A stretch of 64,000 nt of DNA from NCBI RefSeq assembly GCF_963921235.1, contig NC_086097.1, positions 19,532,001-19,596,000 of the forward strand, written 5' to 3'. Below the pieces are notes generated by a model. It was not told where the DNA came from. It worked only from the letters and a program-made list of their open reading frames with translations, and did no database searches. The DNA comes from Mobula hypostoma. Lineage: Eukaryota. This document shows, one piece after another, positions 46,852-60,008 of the stretch (positions within the stretch are counted from its first letter, which is position 1; each line of letters begins with the position of its first letter). The position numbers were made by a program, and so were the translations under genes.

Positions 46852-47430
46852 AGCAACACACACAAAGTGCTGGAAAGACTCTGCAGGCCAGGCAGCATCT
46901 ATTGAAAAGAGTTAACAGTCAACATTTCGGCCCAAAACCCTTCAGCAGGACTGGAAACGAATATTAGAAGTTAGAGCAAGAAGGTGGCGGGACGGGAGGA
47001 AGAAGTACAAGGTGGTAGGTGATAGGTGAAGCTGGGAGAGGGAGAAGGTGAAGTAAGGATCTGGGAAGCTGCTAGGTGAAAAAGATAAAGAGCTGGAGAA
47101 GGGGGAATCTGATAGGAGAGGGTAGATGGCCATGAAAGAAGGGGAAGGGGGAGGAGCACCAGAGGGATGTGATGGGCAGGTGAGAAGATGAGGTGAGAGA
47201 GGGAAATGGGAATGGGAATGGTGATGGGGGGAGCAACTACTGGAAATTCAAGAGGTCAATGTTCATATTATCAGTTGGAGGCTACCCGAACGGAATATAA
47301 GGTGTTGCTCCTCCAGCCTGAGTGTGGCTTCATCACAGCAGTAGAGGAGGCCATGGAATGACATGTCAGAATGGGAATGGGAAGTAGGTTTGAAGTGGGT
47401 GGCAACTGGGAGATCTTCCTTTTTCTGCCA
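46852..47430 (-). mobile_element. PLE 3' fragment
   Basis: DLPVATHF..TSHSHSDM..GLLYC..EATLRLEEQHLIFR.GSLQ plus pseudo-LTR. Confidence 0.85.
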
Positions 47431-47607
47431 CTTCATCTTATCACTTTTACACATTATTCTGCACTCTGTTAGCGTCTTATCTTGTTCTATCTCAATGCAC
47501 TGTGTAATGACTTGACCTCTACAAACAGCATGCAAAACAAGATTTGTTTTTTTGGTACATGTGACAATAATAAACCAACACCAGTATCGTCAGGAGAGGA
47601 GCTATAT

Positions 47608-47868
47608 TATCAGAATCAGGTTTAACATCACCGACGTATGTTGTGAAATTTGTTGTTATATGGCAGCAGTACATTGCAATACACAATAATAATAACTGAA
47701 TCACAGTAAATATATATGTAAAATAGTTAAATAAGTAGTGCAAAAGTAAAAATAAAAAGGTAGTGATGTAGTGCTCATGGGTTCAATGTCCGTTCAGAAA
47801 TCTGATGGCAGAGGGGAAGAAGCTGTTCCTGAATTGTTGAGTGTGTGCCTTCAGGTCCCTGTACCTCC
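47608..47868 (-). mobile_element. Rex/Babar-like LINE 3' end
   Basis: Matches 4594-4890. Confidence 0.8.
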
Positions 47869-49004
47869 AACTAAATTAAAACCAACTGTGTTCCACACTG
47901 CCTGAACAACAGGCTCCAGAGCTGGGGACTTGCTCTGTGGTCCCTCCCTCATTCTCTTCTGGGAGTTTGAGCTGTTGATCAGGCTCTAGATAATGAGCTC
48001 AGCCCATGTTGGCAATGTATAGGCAGTCTATATGGACAATGTAGGTGACACACTCAAACTGACTTCCACTCCCCAAGCAATGAACAACCTAAGGTCACTC
48101 TCAAAATTCAACAAGTTCAAAGTACATACATATATGCCACCACATAATGCCTTGTGATTCATTTTCTTGCAGGCATTAGATAGGACAAAGAAATACAATA
48201 GAATCAATAAAAACTACACACAAAGATTGACAAACAAATCAATGTGCAAAAGAGGACAAACAGTACAAATACCATAAATAAATAAATAATTCTGAGAACA
48301 TGAGTTGTTGTGTCCCTGAAAGTGAATCCATAGATTGTGGAATCGATTCAGTGTTGAGGTGAGTGATTTTATTCACTCTGGGTTAGGAGTCTGATGGTTG
48401 TAGGTTAATAAATGTTCTGAACCCTGGTGGTGTGGGACCTAAGGCTCCTGTACCTCCTTCTTGATGGCGGCGGCGAGAAGAGAGCATGTCCTGTTTGGTG
48501 GGGGCCCAGAACAACAAGCTAAGCTTCACACTGAGGACTGTAGTATAGAGGCTGCATTACTAGTTTCCAGCAGCATATAATTCTGGATAGTTAGCAGTGC
48601 GCTTGATAACAACAGCCGCTCCAGGTTCAGATGTTTGTCTTAAGCACCTTTGTTGTGCTCGCAAGACCCTGTTGGACAAAATAGCGCAAGTCCAGTTCAT
48701 TGGTTCCATGGCGTGACCGATGTGAGGAAGCTGTGTGGCTACACAGACCAGGCCCTCATGCTGCAATATCGCCTGTTACAGTCACCCAGGGGAGGAGGCA
48801 CTGGAGGCAGTGTGGCAGGGAACAGAAGTATAATGGACAGCCTGAAATCTGTGCTGGGTGGGGGGCTGGCCCTGGCAGGCAACTCTCTCGTCGGGGGTTG
48901 CTGTCCAGTCTTCGCCCCCTGGAAGACAATCTGGATTGCTTTTGTCTGCGGCTGACACCGTCATTCTTCAAGCTATGCCACTCCAGGACGTCAGCTAATA
49001 TTAT

Positions 49005-52000
49005 TTTGTGTCTGTGTGTACTATCATTACAATATCCACTGTGTGTGACTGTACGTACTATCATTACTATACAGGATGTGCTGTGCGTGACTGTATGTAC
49101 TATCATTACGATATCCACTGTGTGTAACTGTACGTACTATCATTACTATACAGGATGTGCTGTGCGTGACTGTATGTACTATCATTACGATATCCACCAT
49201 GTGTGACTGTACGTACTATCATTACTATACAGGATGTGCTGTGCGTGACTGTATGTACTATCATTACGATATGTGCTGTGTGTGACTGTACGTACTATCA
49301 TTACTGTATGTGCTGTGTGTCTGTGTGTACCATCGTTACGGTATTTACTGTGTGTGACTGTATGTACTATCATTACGATATGTGCTGTGTGTGACTGTAT
49401 GTACTATCATTACGGTATGTGCTGTGTGTGACTGTATGTACTATCATTACGATATGTGCTGTGTGTGAGTGTACGTACTATCATTACGATATGTGCTGTG
49501 TGTGACTGTATGTACTATCATTACGATATGTGCTGAGTGTGACTGTATGTATTATCATTACTGTATGTGCTGTGTGTGACTGTATGTACTATCATTACGA
49601 TTTGTGCTGTGTGTGACTGTATTTATTATCGTTACGGTATGTGCTGTGTGTGACTGTATTTATTATCGTTATGGTATGTGCTGTGTGTGACTGTATGTAC
49701 TATCATTACTATACAGTATGTGCTGTGTGTGACTGTACGTACTATCATTACTATACAGGATGTGCTGTGTGTGACTGTACATACTATCATTACTATACAG
49801 GATGTACTGCATCTGACTGTATGTACTATCATTATAATATGTGCTGTGTGTGACTGTATGTACTATCATTACGATTTGTGCTGTGTGTGACTGTATGTAC
49901 TATCATTACTGTATGTGCTGTGTGTGACTGCATGTACTATCATTACTATACAGGATGTGCTGCGTGTGACTGTATGTACTCTCGTTACTGTATGTGCCGT
50001 GTCTGACTGTATGTACTATCGTTACTGTATGTGCTGTGTGTGACTGTATGTACTATCATTACGGTATGTGCTGCGTGTGACTGTATGTACTCTCGTTACT
50101 GTATGTGCTGTGTGTGACTGTATGTACTCTCGTTACTGTATGTGCTGTGTGTGACTGTATGTTCTATCATTACGATATGTGCTGTGTGTGACTGTATTTA
50201 TTATCGTTACGGTATGTGCTGTGTGTGACTGTATGTACTATCATTACTATACAGGATGTGCTGTGTGTGACTGTATGTACTCTCGTTACTGTATGTGCTG
50301 TGTGTCTGTGTGTACCATCGTTACGGTATTTGCTGTGTGTGACTGTATGTACTATCATTACGATATGTGCTGTGTGTGACTGTATGTACTATCATTACGG
50401 TATGTGCTGTGTGTGACTGTATGTACTATCATTACGATATGTGCTGTGTGTGACTGTACGTACTATCATTACGATATGTGCTGTGTGTGACTGTATGTAC
50501 TATCATTACGATATGTGCTGAGTGTGACTGTATGTATTATCATTACTGTATGTGCTGTGTGTGACTGTATGTACTATCATTACGATTTGTGCTGTGTGTG
50601 ACTGTATTTATTATCGTTACGGTATGTGCTGTGTGTGACTGTATTTATTATCGTTATGGTATGTGCTGTGTGTGACTGTATGTACTATCATTACTATACA
50701 GTATGTGCTGTGTGTGACTGTACGTACTATCATTACTATACAGGATGTGCTGTGTGTGACTGTACATACTATCATTACTATACAGGATGTGCTGCATCTG
50801 ACTGTATGCACTATCGTTACAATATGCGCTGTGTGTGACTGTATGTACTATCATTACGATATGTGCTGTGTGTGACTGTACATACTATCATTACAGTATG
50901 TGCTGTGTGTGACTTACGTACTATCATTACGGTATGTGCTGTGTGTGACTGTACATACTATCATTACGGTATGTGCTGTGTGTGACTGTACTTACTATCA
51001 TTACGATATGTGCTGTGTGTGACTGTACGTACTATCATTACGGTATGTGCTGTGTGTGACTGTATGTACTATCATTACGATATATGCTGTGTGTGACTGT
51101 ATGTACTATCGTTAGGGTATGTGCTGCACGTGACTGTACATACTATCATTACGATATGTGCTGTGTGTGACTGTATGTACTATTTACAATATGCGCTATG
51201 TGTGACTGTATGTTCTATCATTACTATACAGGATGTGCTGCATGTGACTGTATGTTACTGTATGTGCTGTGTCTGACTGTATGTACTATCGTTACTGTAT
51301 GTGCTGTGTGTGACTGTATGTACTCTCGTTACTGTATGTGCTGTGTGTGACTGTATGTACTATCATTACTATACAGGATGTGCTGCGGGTGACTGTATGT
51401 ACTCTCGTTACTGTATGTGCTGTCTCTGACTGTATGTACTATCGTTACTGTATGTGCTGTGTGTGACTGTATATACTATCATTACGGTATGTGCTGCGTG
51501 TGACTGTATGTACTCTCGTTACTGTATGTGCTGTGTGTGACTGCATGTACTCTCGTTACTGTATGTGCTGTGTGTGACTGTATGTACTATCGTTAGGGTA
51601 TGTGCTGCACGTGACTGTACGTACTATCATTACAATATGTGCTGTGTGTGACTGTATGTACTATTTACGATATGCACTGTGTGTGACTGTATGTACTATC
51701 ATTACGATATGTGCTGCGTGTCTGTATGTACTATCATTACAATATGCGCTGTGTGTGACTGTATGCACTATCGTTACGATATGCGCTGTGTGTGACTACG
51801 TACTATCATTACGATATGTGCTGTGTGTGACTGTACGTACTATCATTACGGTATGTGCTGCACGTGACTGTACATACTATCATTACGATATGTGCTGTGT
51901 GTGACTGTATGTACTATTTACAATATGCGCTATGTGTGACTGTATGTACTATCATTACTATACAGGATGTGCTGCATGTGACTGTATGTACTCTCGTTAC

Positions 52001-53615
52001 TGTATGTGCTGTGTCTGACTGTATGTACTATCGTTACTGTATGTGCTGTGTGTGACTGTATGTACTCTCGTTACTGTATGTGCTGTGTGTGACTGTATGT
52101 ACTCTCGTTACTGTATGTGCTGTGTGTGACTGTATGTACTATCATTACTATACAGGATGTGCTGCGGGTGACTGTATGTACTCTCGTTACTGTATGTGCT
52201 GTCTCTGACTGTATGTACTATCATTACTGTATGTGCTGTGTGTGACTGTATATACTATCATTACGGTATGTGCTGCGTGTGACTGTATGTACTCTCGTTA
52301 CTGTATGTGCTGTGTGTGACTGCATGTACTCTCGTTACTGTATGTGCTGTGTGTGACTGTATGTACTATCGTTAGGGTATGTGCTGCACGTGACTGTACG
52401 TACTATCATTACAATATGTGCTGTGTGTGACTGTATGTACTATTTACGATATGCACTGTGTGTGACTGTATGTACTATCATTACGATATGTGCTGCGTGT
52501 CTGTATGTACTATCATTACAATATGCGCTGTGTGTGACTGTATGCACTGTTACGATATGCGCTGTGTGTGACTACGTACTATCATTACGATATGTGCTGT
52601 GTGTGACTGTACGTACTATCATTACGGTATGTGCTGCACGTGACTGTACATACTATCATTACGATATGTGCTGTGTGTGACTGTATGTACTATTTACAAT
52701 ATGCGCTGTGTGTGACTGTATGTACTATCATTACTATACAGGATGTGCTGCGTGTGACTGTATGTACTCTCATTACTGTATGTGCTGTGTGTGACTGTAT
52801 GTACTATTATTACGGTATGTGCTGCGTGTGACTGTATGTACTCTCGTTACGGTATGTGCTGTGTGTGACTGTATGTACTATCGTTACTGTATGTGCTGTG
52901 TGTGACTGTATGTACTCTCGTTACTGTATGTGCTGTCTCTGACTGTATCTACTATCGTTACTGTATGTGCTGTGTGTGACTGCATGTACTCTCGTTACTG
53001 TATGTGCTGTGTGTGACTGTATGTACTATCGTTAGGGTATGTGCTGCACGTGACTGTACGCACTATCATTACGATATGTGCTGTGTGTGACTGTATGTAC
53101 TATTTACGATATGCGCTGTGTGTGACTGTATGTACTATCATTACAATATGTGCTGCGTGTCTGTATGTACTATCATTACAATATGCGCTGTGTGTGACTG
53201 TATGCACTATCGTTACGATATGCGCTGTGTGTGACTACATACTATCATTACGATATGTGCTGTGTGTGACTGTACGTACTATCATTGCGGTATGTGCTGT
53301 GTGTGACTGTACGTACTATCATTACGATATGTGCTGTGTGTGACTGTACGTACTATCATTACGGTATGTGCTGTGTGTGACTGTATGTACTATCATTGCG
53401 GTATGTGCTGTGTGTGACTGTACGTACTATCATTACGATATGTGCTGTGTGTGACTGTACGTACTATCATTGCGGTATGGGCTGTGTGTGACTGTATGTG
53501 CTATCGTTAGGGTATGTGCTGTGTGTGACTGTATGTACTATCGTTAGGGTATGTGCTGTGTGCGACTGTATGTACTATCGTTAGGGTATGTGCTGTGTGT
53601 GACTGTATGTACTGT
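49005..53615. repeat. Satellite array, 37-bp unit TGTGTGACTGTATGTACTATCATTACGATATGTGCTG, with 42-bp and shorter variants
   Basis: Roughly 120 tandem units; higher-order duplication evident from repeated ORF translations. Confidence 0.98.
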
Positions 53616-54089
53616 GTTTTTCACCTTGGCCCCAGAGGAAGGATGCTTCGTTTAGCTGTCTACATGTGTATGGTTGAATGACAATTAAACTTGAATTTGA
53701 ATTTGAGTTTGAGTCCTATCATAGAAGCTGAGGAAATTAACTTAAACTAATTAAATAAATCTAGAATTTAAAAGCTGGTGAGATTAATATGGACCATGGA
53801 ACGACTTGATTGTTGTTAAAACCTGTCAGGGTCCTTTACTCAGCAAAGGAAGGTTACTTTGTGAGCTTCATGTGAGCAAGGTATGCTATTGTACCCATGT
53901 GTAGGTGACAATAAGCTAACCTGAAACTGAGATCTGCAGCCCTATACGTAACTCCATACCAACTACCACATTGTTGGCTCCAGCCTCTGAAACTGAAGCA
54001 GCTCTGCAAGCCACCCAGTTCTGTACCATTTAGGAATGGGTTTCTTACCATCGAATGCCCATATCCATGAGCAATTAGTAAGTAGTTTT

Positions 54090-54305
54090 AAACACAAGAT
54101 TCTGCTGATGCTGGTCATTTTGAGCAACACTCAAAAAAATTCTAGAGGAACTCAGAAGGTCAGGCAGCATTTATGAAGGGGAATTAACTGTCTACGTTTC
54201 AGGTTGAGACCTTTCATCAGAACTGGCAGTCCTGATGATGAGTCTCGGCCTGAAACATTAGCAGTTTATTTCCCTCCATGGATGCTTGCCTGACTTGCTG
54301 AGTTC
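54090..54305. mobile_element. Inverted PLE pseudo-LTR pair with back-to-back hammerheads
   Basis: Minus motif at 54189-54224, plus motif at 54228-54263. Confidence 0.8.
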
Positions 54306-55027
54306 ATATAAATAAACTGTCAACATTTACATTGTGAATGCTGCTACTTCACTGTAGCCCATTTCAACTGAAGGATTGGCAATCACTTTCCAGAATTTTG
54401 GAGAGAGTGCAGGCATTCCTGCTAATTACTGCAGCATTCCCAAACTGAATAGTAACCATTCCATTGTAAAACGACCTGAAGTGAGCCCTTCGAGTCAGTT
54501 CCAGCATTCCTCAGCAGATTAGAGCGGACATCAGGAAGATGATCAGACCTGTGCATAACAAAGGCATTGTGCATTTTCTGATCACATTTAGCACATCTCA
54601 GGATTGTCCAGACCCTGTACAGCACACAAAGGAGATTAAGAACTGATAACAGAGACAGGGTGGTTTCAGCTTTATTTTGGCCATGATATTAGAGTGATGG
54701 GGCTGTATTTGGAATCCTGGGACTTGTAAGGGCATGCATTGTCACACAGGGGGTTTCTGTTGAACGTGGAATGAATCATTGGTTCAGACACAACTGGAAT
54801 ATTGCTTCCAAGTCTGGTCAGCTCACTTCAAGGAGGATGTGAATACAATAAAGAGGGTGCAGGAACAGAAATACTGGATGATTCAAGGATGAGTTATTTG
54901 TCTGCACAAGTTGACAAGAAGATGTATGGCATGCTTGCCTTTATTAATCAAGGCATTGAGTTCAGGAGTCAGCAAGTTATGTTGGAGTTCTATAAAAATC
55001 CGGTTAAGTCACACCTGGAGGATAGCA

Positions 55028-56386
55028 ACACACATAAAAGTTGCTGGTGAACGCAGCAGGCCAGGCAGCATCTCAAGGAAGAGGTGCAGTCGACGTTTCA
55101 GGCTGAGACCCTTCGTCAGGACTAACTGAAGGAAGAGTGAGTAAGGGATTTGAAAGTTGGGGGGGGAGGGGGAGATCCAAAATGATAGGAGAAGACAGGA
55201 GGGGGAGGGATGGAGCCAAGAGCTGGATAGGTGATAGGCAAAAGGGATACGAGAGGATCATGGGACAGGAGGTCTGGGAAGAAAGACGGGGGGGGGAACT
55301 CAGAGGATGGGCAAGGGGTATATTCAGAGGGACAGAGGGAGAAAAAGGAGAGTGAGAGAAAGAACGTGTGTATAAAAATAAGTAACAGATGGGGTACGAG
55401 GGGGAGGTGGGGCATTAGCGGAAGTTAGAGAAGTCGATGTTCATGCCATCAGGTTGGAGGCTACCCAGACGGAAGATAAGGTGTTGTTCCTCCAACCTGA
55501 GTGTGGCTTCATCTTTACAGTAGAGGAGGCCATGGATAGACATGTCAGAATGGGAATGGGATGTGGAATTAAAATGTGTGGCCACTGGGAGATCCTGCTT
55601 TCTCTGGCGGACAGAGCGTAGGTGTTCAGCAAAGCGGTCTCCCGGTCTGCGTCAGGTCTCGCCAATATATAAAAGGCCACATCGGGAGCACCGGATGCAG
55701 TATATCACCCCAGTCGACTCACAGGTGAAGTGTTGCCTCACCTGGAAGGACTGTTTGGGGCCCTGAATGGTGGTAAGGGAGGAAGTGTCAGGGCATGTGT
55801 AGCACTTGTTCCGCTTACACGGATAAGTGCCAGGAGGGAGATCAGTGGGGAGGGATGGGGGGGACGAATGGACAAGGGAGTCGCGTAGGGAGCGATCCCT
55901 GCAGAATGCAGAAAGGGGAGGGAGGGAAAGATGTGCTTAGTGGTGGGATCCCGTTGGAGGTGGCGGAAGTTACGGAGAATAATATGTTGGACCCAGAGGC
56001 TGGTGGGGTGGTAGGTGAGGACCAGAGGAACCCTATTCCTAGTGGAGTGGCGGGAGGATGGAGTGAGAGCAGATGTACGTGAAATGGGGGAGATGCGTTT
56101 AAGAGCAGAGTTGATAGTGGAGAAAGGGAAGCCCCTTTCTTTAAAAAAGGAAGACATCTCCCTCGTCCTAGATTGAAAAGCCTCATCCTGAGAGCAGATG
56201 CAGCGGAGACGGAGGAATTGCGAGAAGGGGATGGCGTTTTTGCAAGAGACAGGGTGAGAAGAGGAATAGTCTAGATAGCTGTGAGAGTCAGTAGGCTTAT
56301 AGCAGACATCAGTGGATAAGCTGTCTCCAGAGAAAGAGACAGAAAGATCTAGAAAGGGGAGGGAGGTGTCGGAAATGGACCAGGTA
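55028..56386 (-). mobile_element. Young 5'-truncated Penelope-like element inserted in a CR1 remnant
   Basis: 15-bp TSD acctggaggatagca at 55013-55027 and 56387-56401; FFKERGFP..RVPLVLTYHP; GIY-YIG region; pseudo-LTR. Confidence 0.93.
55088..55123 (-). ncRNA. Minimal type I hammerhead ribozyme motif
   Basis: AGUC-CUGACGA-A-GGGU(CUCA)GCCU-GAAA-CGUC^GACU; predicted cut between plus 55092 and 55091. Confidence 0.82.
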
Positions 56387-56571
56387 ACCTGGAGGATAGC
56401 ATTCAGTTTTCATTGCTTCGTTGTAGGAAAGTTGAGCAGTTTTGGAGAGGGTGCAGAAGAGATTTACCAGGATTCTGCCAGGATCGATAAAAGTTTATAT
56501 GAATATAAGAGGCGTAGATAGAGTTCAAAGTTCAACGTCCAAAGTAAATTTGCTATCAAAGTACGTAAAGT

Positions 56572-57092
56572 TCTATGCAAAAGTCTTGGGCACATATATA
56601 TAGCTAGGGTGCCCAAGACTTTGCACAGTTCTGTATTTGTCAACGTGGAGCAAATGTGTCAATCGGGTGCAAAGGATGTTGAGAATGGTGAGGGTGCGGT
56701 GCTGTGGGAGGGGTTTTGACAAGTGGCAAAGAAGGAGTGCCGGGGTGGGGTTGCCACGGGTGTAGACACACCCAGCCCTGAGACACCAGGCAAAGTCATT
56801 TGATTCCAGACAATTGCTTTATTGGTTACTACAGAAGTCTCTCTCGTGCTTCTTGCTCCCCCTCTGTTCCCCTTTCCCCAGCCAGGATTTCCATCTCCCT
56901 GCCCCATTCCCACTCTCAGTCCACAAAAGAGACCCAAAATCAGAATCAGGGTTACCATCACTCATATGTGTCATGAAATTTGTTTTTTTTTGTACAGCAG
57001 CAGTACAGTGCAATACATACAATTACTACACTACTGCGCAAAAGTCTTAGGCACCCTAGCTATATAAAAGTGCCAAAAACTTTCACACAGTA
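56572..57092. mobile_element. Non-autonomous DNA-transposon-like element with hairpin ends
   Basis: Ends tgcaaaagtcttgggcac...gtgccaaaaactttcacacagta. Confidence 0.65.
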
Positions 57093-57792
57093 TTTTATAT
57101 GTTAGCATATGTTACCTTGAGATTCATTTTCTTGCGGGCATTTAATGGAAAAATTCAATAGAAAACAGAATTTACAAAAAACTACACATAAACAGAGACT
57201 GACAAACAACGGAAGACAAACTATACAAATAAAATAGGCAGCAATATCATTTTCCCAGAGTCAAAATGTCAAATACTAGCATTTAAAGTGAGAGGGAGTA
57301 AATTGAAAGGGCAAGTTTTTTACACAGAGAGTGATGGATGCCTGGAATGTGCTGCCAAGGGTGGTGGCAAAAACAAATACGATCTGGCTGTTTTGTAAAC
57401 TCTTACGTTCATGAATATGAAGAGAATGGAGGGATATGGTTATTGACAGGCAGAAGGACTTAGTTTAATTAGGATTTTTTGCTCCTTGTTTAATTAGTTC
57501 AGTACAACATTATAGGCTGAAGGGCCTGTTCCTGTACTGTGCTGCACTGTTTTATGGTTTATGTTCTTTTTCAGTCGCAAGATTAGATTGGAGATGCTAG
57601 GGTTGTTCGGCCTCATGAAAGGGAAGTTGAATTGAATTGACTTTATTACTTACATCCTTCACGTACATGAGAAATAAAATTTTTTACGTTACATCTGTCA
57701 AAGCATGCAATGTGCAATTTATAGTAATTTGTAATAAATAATATGTACAACAATATAACATAGAAATACCATTATATAAGTATGAATTAATC

Positions 57793-60008
57793 AATAGACA
57801 ATAGACAATAGGTGCAGGAGTAGGCCATTCGGCCCTTCGAACCAGCACCGCTATTCACTGTGATCATGGCTGATCATCCACATTCAGTACCCCGTTCCTG
57901 CCTTCTCCCCATATCCCTTCACTCCACTATCTTTAAGCTCTCTAACTCTTTCTTGAAGGCATCCAGAGAATTGGCCTCCACTGCCTTCTGAGGCACAGCA
58001 TTCCACAGACCCACAACTCTATGGGTGAAAAAGTTTCTCCTCAACTCTGTTCTAAATGGCCTATCCCTTATTCTTAAACTGTGGCCTCTGGTTCTGGACT
58101 CCCTCAATATTGGGAACGTTTCCTGCCTGCAGCGTGTCCAATCCCTTAATAATCTTGTATGTTTCAATCAGATCCCCTCTTATCCTTCTAAATTCCAGTG
58201 TATACAAGCCCAGTCGCTCCAATCATTCAACATATGACAGTCCTGCCATCCCAGGAATTAACCTCGTGAACCTACGCTGTACTCCCTCAATAGCAAGAAT
58301 GCCCCTCCTCAAATTTGGAGACCAAAACTGTACACAATACTCTGGGTGTGGTCTCACCAGGGCCCTGTACAACTGCAGAAGGACCTCTTTGCTCCCATAC
58401 TCAACTCCCCTTGTTATGAAGGCCAACATGCCATTAGCTTTCTTCACTGCCTGCTGTACCTGCATGCTTACTTTGAGTGACAGATGAACAAGGACACCTA
58501 GATCTCGTTGTACTTCCCCTTTTCCTAACTTGACACCATTCAGATAGTAATCTACCTTCCTGTTCTTGCCACCAAAGTGGATAACCTCACATTTATCCAC
58601 ATTAAACTGCATCTGCCATGCATCTGCCCAAACACCCAACCTGTCCAAGTCACCCTGCATTCTCATAACATCCTCCTCACATTTCACACTGCCACCCAGC
58701 TTTGTGTCATCTGCAAATTTGCTAATGTTACTTTTAATCCCTTCATCTAAATCATTAATGTATATTGTAAGTAGCTGCGGTCCCAGTACCGAGCCTTGCG
58801 GTACCCCACTGGTCACTGCCTGCCATTCTGAAAAGGACCCATTAATCCCTACTCTTTGTTTCCTGTCTGCCAACCAATTTTCTATCCATGTCAGTACCCT
58901 ACCCCTAATACCATGTGCTCCAATTTTGCCCACTAATCTCCTATGTGGGACCTTATCAAAGGCTTTCTGAAAGTCCAGGTACACTACATCCACTGGCTCT
59001 CCCTTGTCCGTTTTCATAGTTACATCCTCAAAAAATTCCAGAAGATTCGTCAAGCATGATTTCCCCTTCGTAAATCCATGCTGACTCAGACCGATCCTGT
59101 TAATGCTATCCAAATATGCCGCTATTACATCTTTTATAATTGATTCTAGCATCTTCCCCACCACTGATGTCAGGCTAACTGGTCTACAATTCTCTGTTTT
59201 CTTTCTCCCTCCTTTCTTAAAAAGTGGGATAACATTAGCTACCCTCCAATCCACAGGAACTGATCCTGAATCTATAGAACACTGGAAAATGATTACCAAT
59301 GAGTCCATGATTTTTACAGCCAGCTCCTTAAGTACCCTGGGACGCAGACCATCAGGCCCTGGGGATTTATTTGCCTTCTGTCCCATTAGTCTATCCAACA
59401 CCGCTTCTGCCTAATGTGAATTTCCTTCAGTTCCTCCGTTACCCTAGGTCCTCTGGCCACTATTACATCTGGGAGATTGTTTGTGTCTTCCCTAGTGAAG
59501 ACAGATCCAAAGTACCTGTTCAACTCGTCAGCCATTTCTTTGTTCCCCATAATAAATTCACCCGTTTCTGTCTTCAAGGGCCCAACTTTGGTCAACTAAT
59601 TTTTTCCTCTTCACGTATCTAAAGAAGCTTTTACTATCCTCCTTTATATTCTTGGCCAGCTTACCTTTGTACCTCATCTTTTCTCCCCGTATTGCCTTTT
59701 TAGTTATCTTCTGTTGCTCTTTAAAAGTTTCCCAGTCCTCTGGCTTCCTGCTCATCTTTGCTATGGTATACTTCTTCTCTTTCATTTTTATACTGTCCTT
59801 GACTTCCCTTGTCAGCCATGGTCGCCCCTTACTCCCCTTAGAATCTTTCTTCCTCTTTGGAATGAACTGATCCTGCGTCTTCTGTATTATTCCCAGAATT
59901 ATCTGCCATTGTTGTTTCACTGTCATCCATGCTGGGGTATCTTTCCAGTCAACTTTGGCCAGCTCCTCCCTCATGGCTCCCTCATGGCTCATGGCTCCAT
60001 AGTCCCCA
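57793..60008 (-). mobile_element. CR1 LINE ORF2, ~2.2 kb, 5'-truncated
   Basis: 392-aa RT ORF at 58223-59401 with CR1 motifs ([28 protein letters not shown]); (tattgtc)n tail. Confidence 0.96.

Noticed and set aside
48650..48955. Exon of a neighbouring gene (ABCD4 and SYNDIG1L flank VRTN in mammals)
   Set aside because: No similarity to those proteins that I can recognise; one frame resembles a LINE endonuclease start instead.
49005..53615. CRISPR-like array or Cys/Tyr-rich repeat protein
   Set aside because: Units are directly tandem with no unique spacers, the context is eukaryotic with no cas genes, and the 37-bp unit breaks reading frames.
58223..59401. Active autonomous LINE or domesticated RT
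   Set aside because: ORF2 is frameshifted into several pieces and 5'-truncated with no endonuclease.
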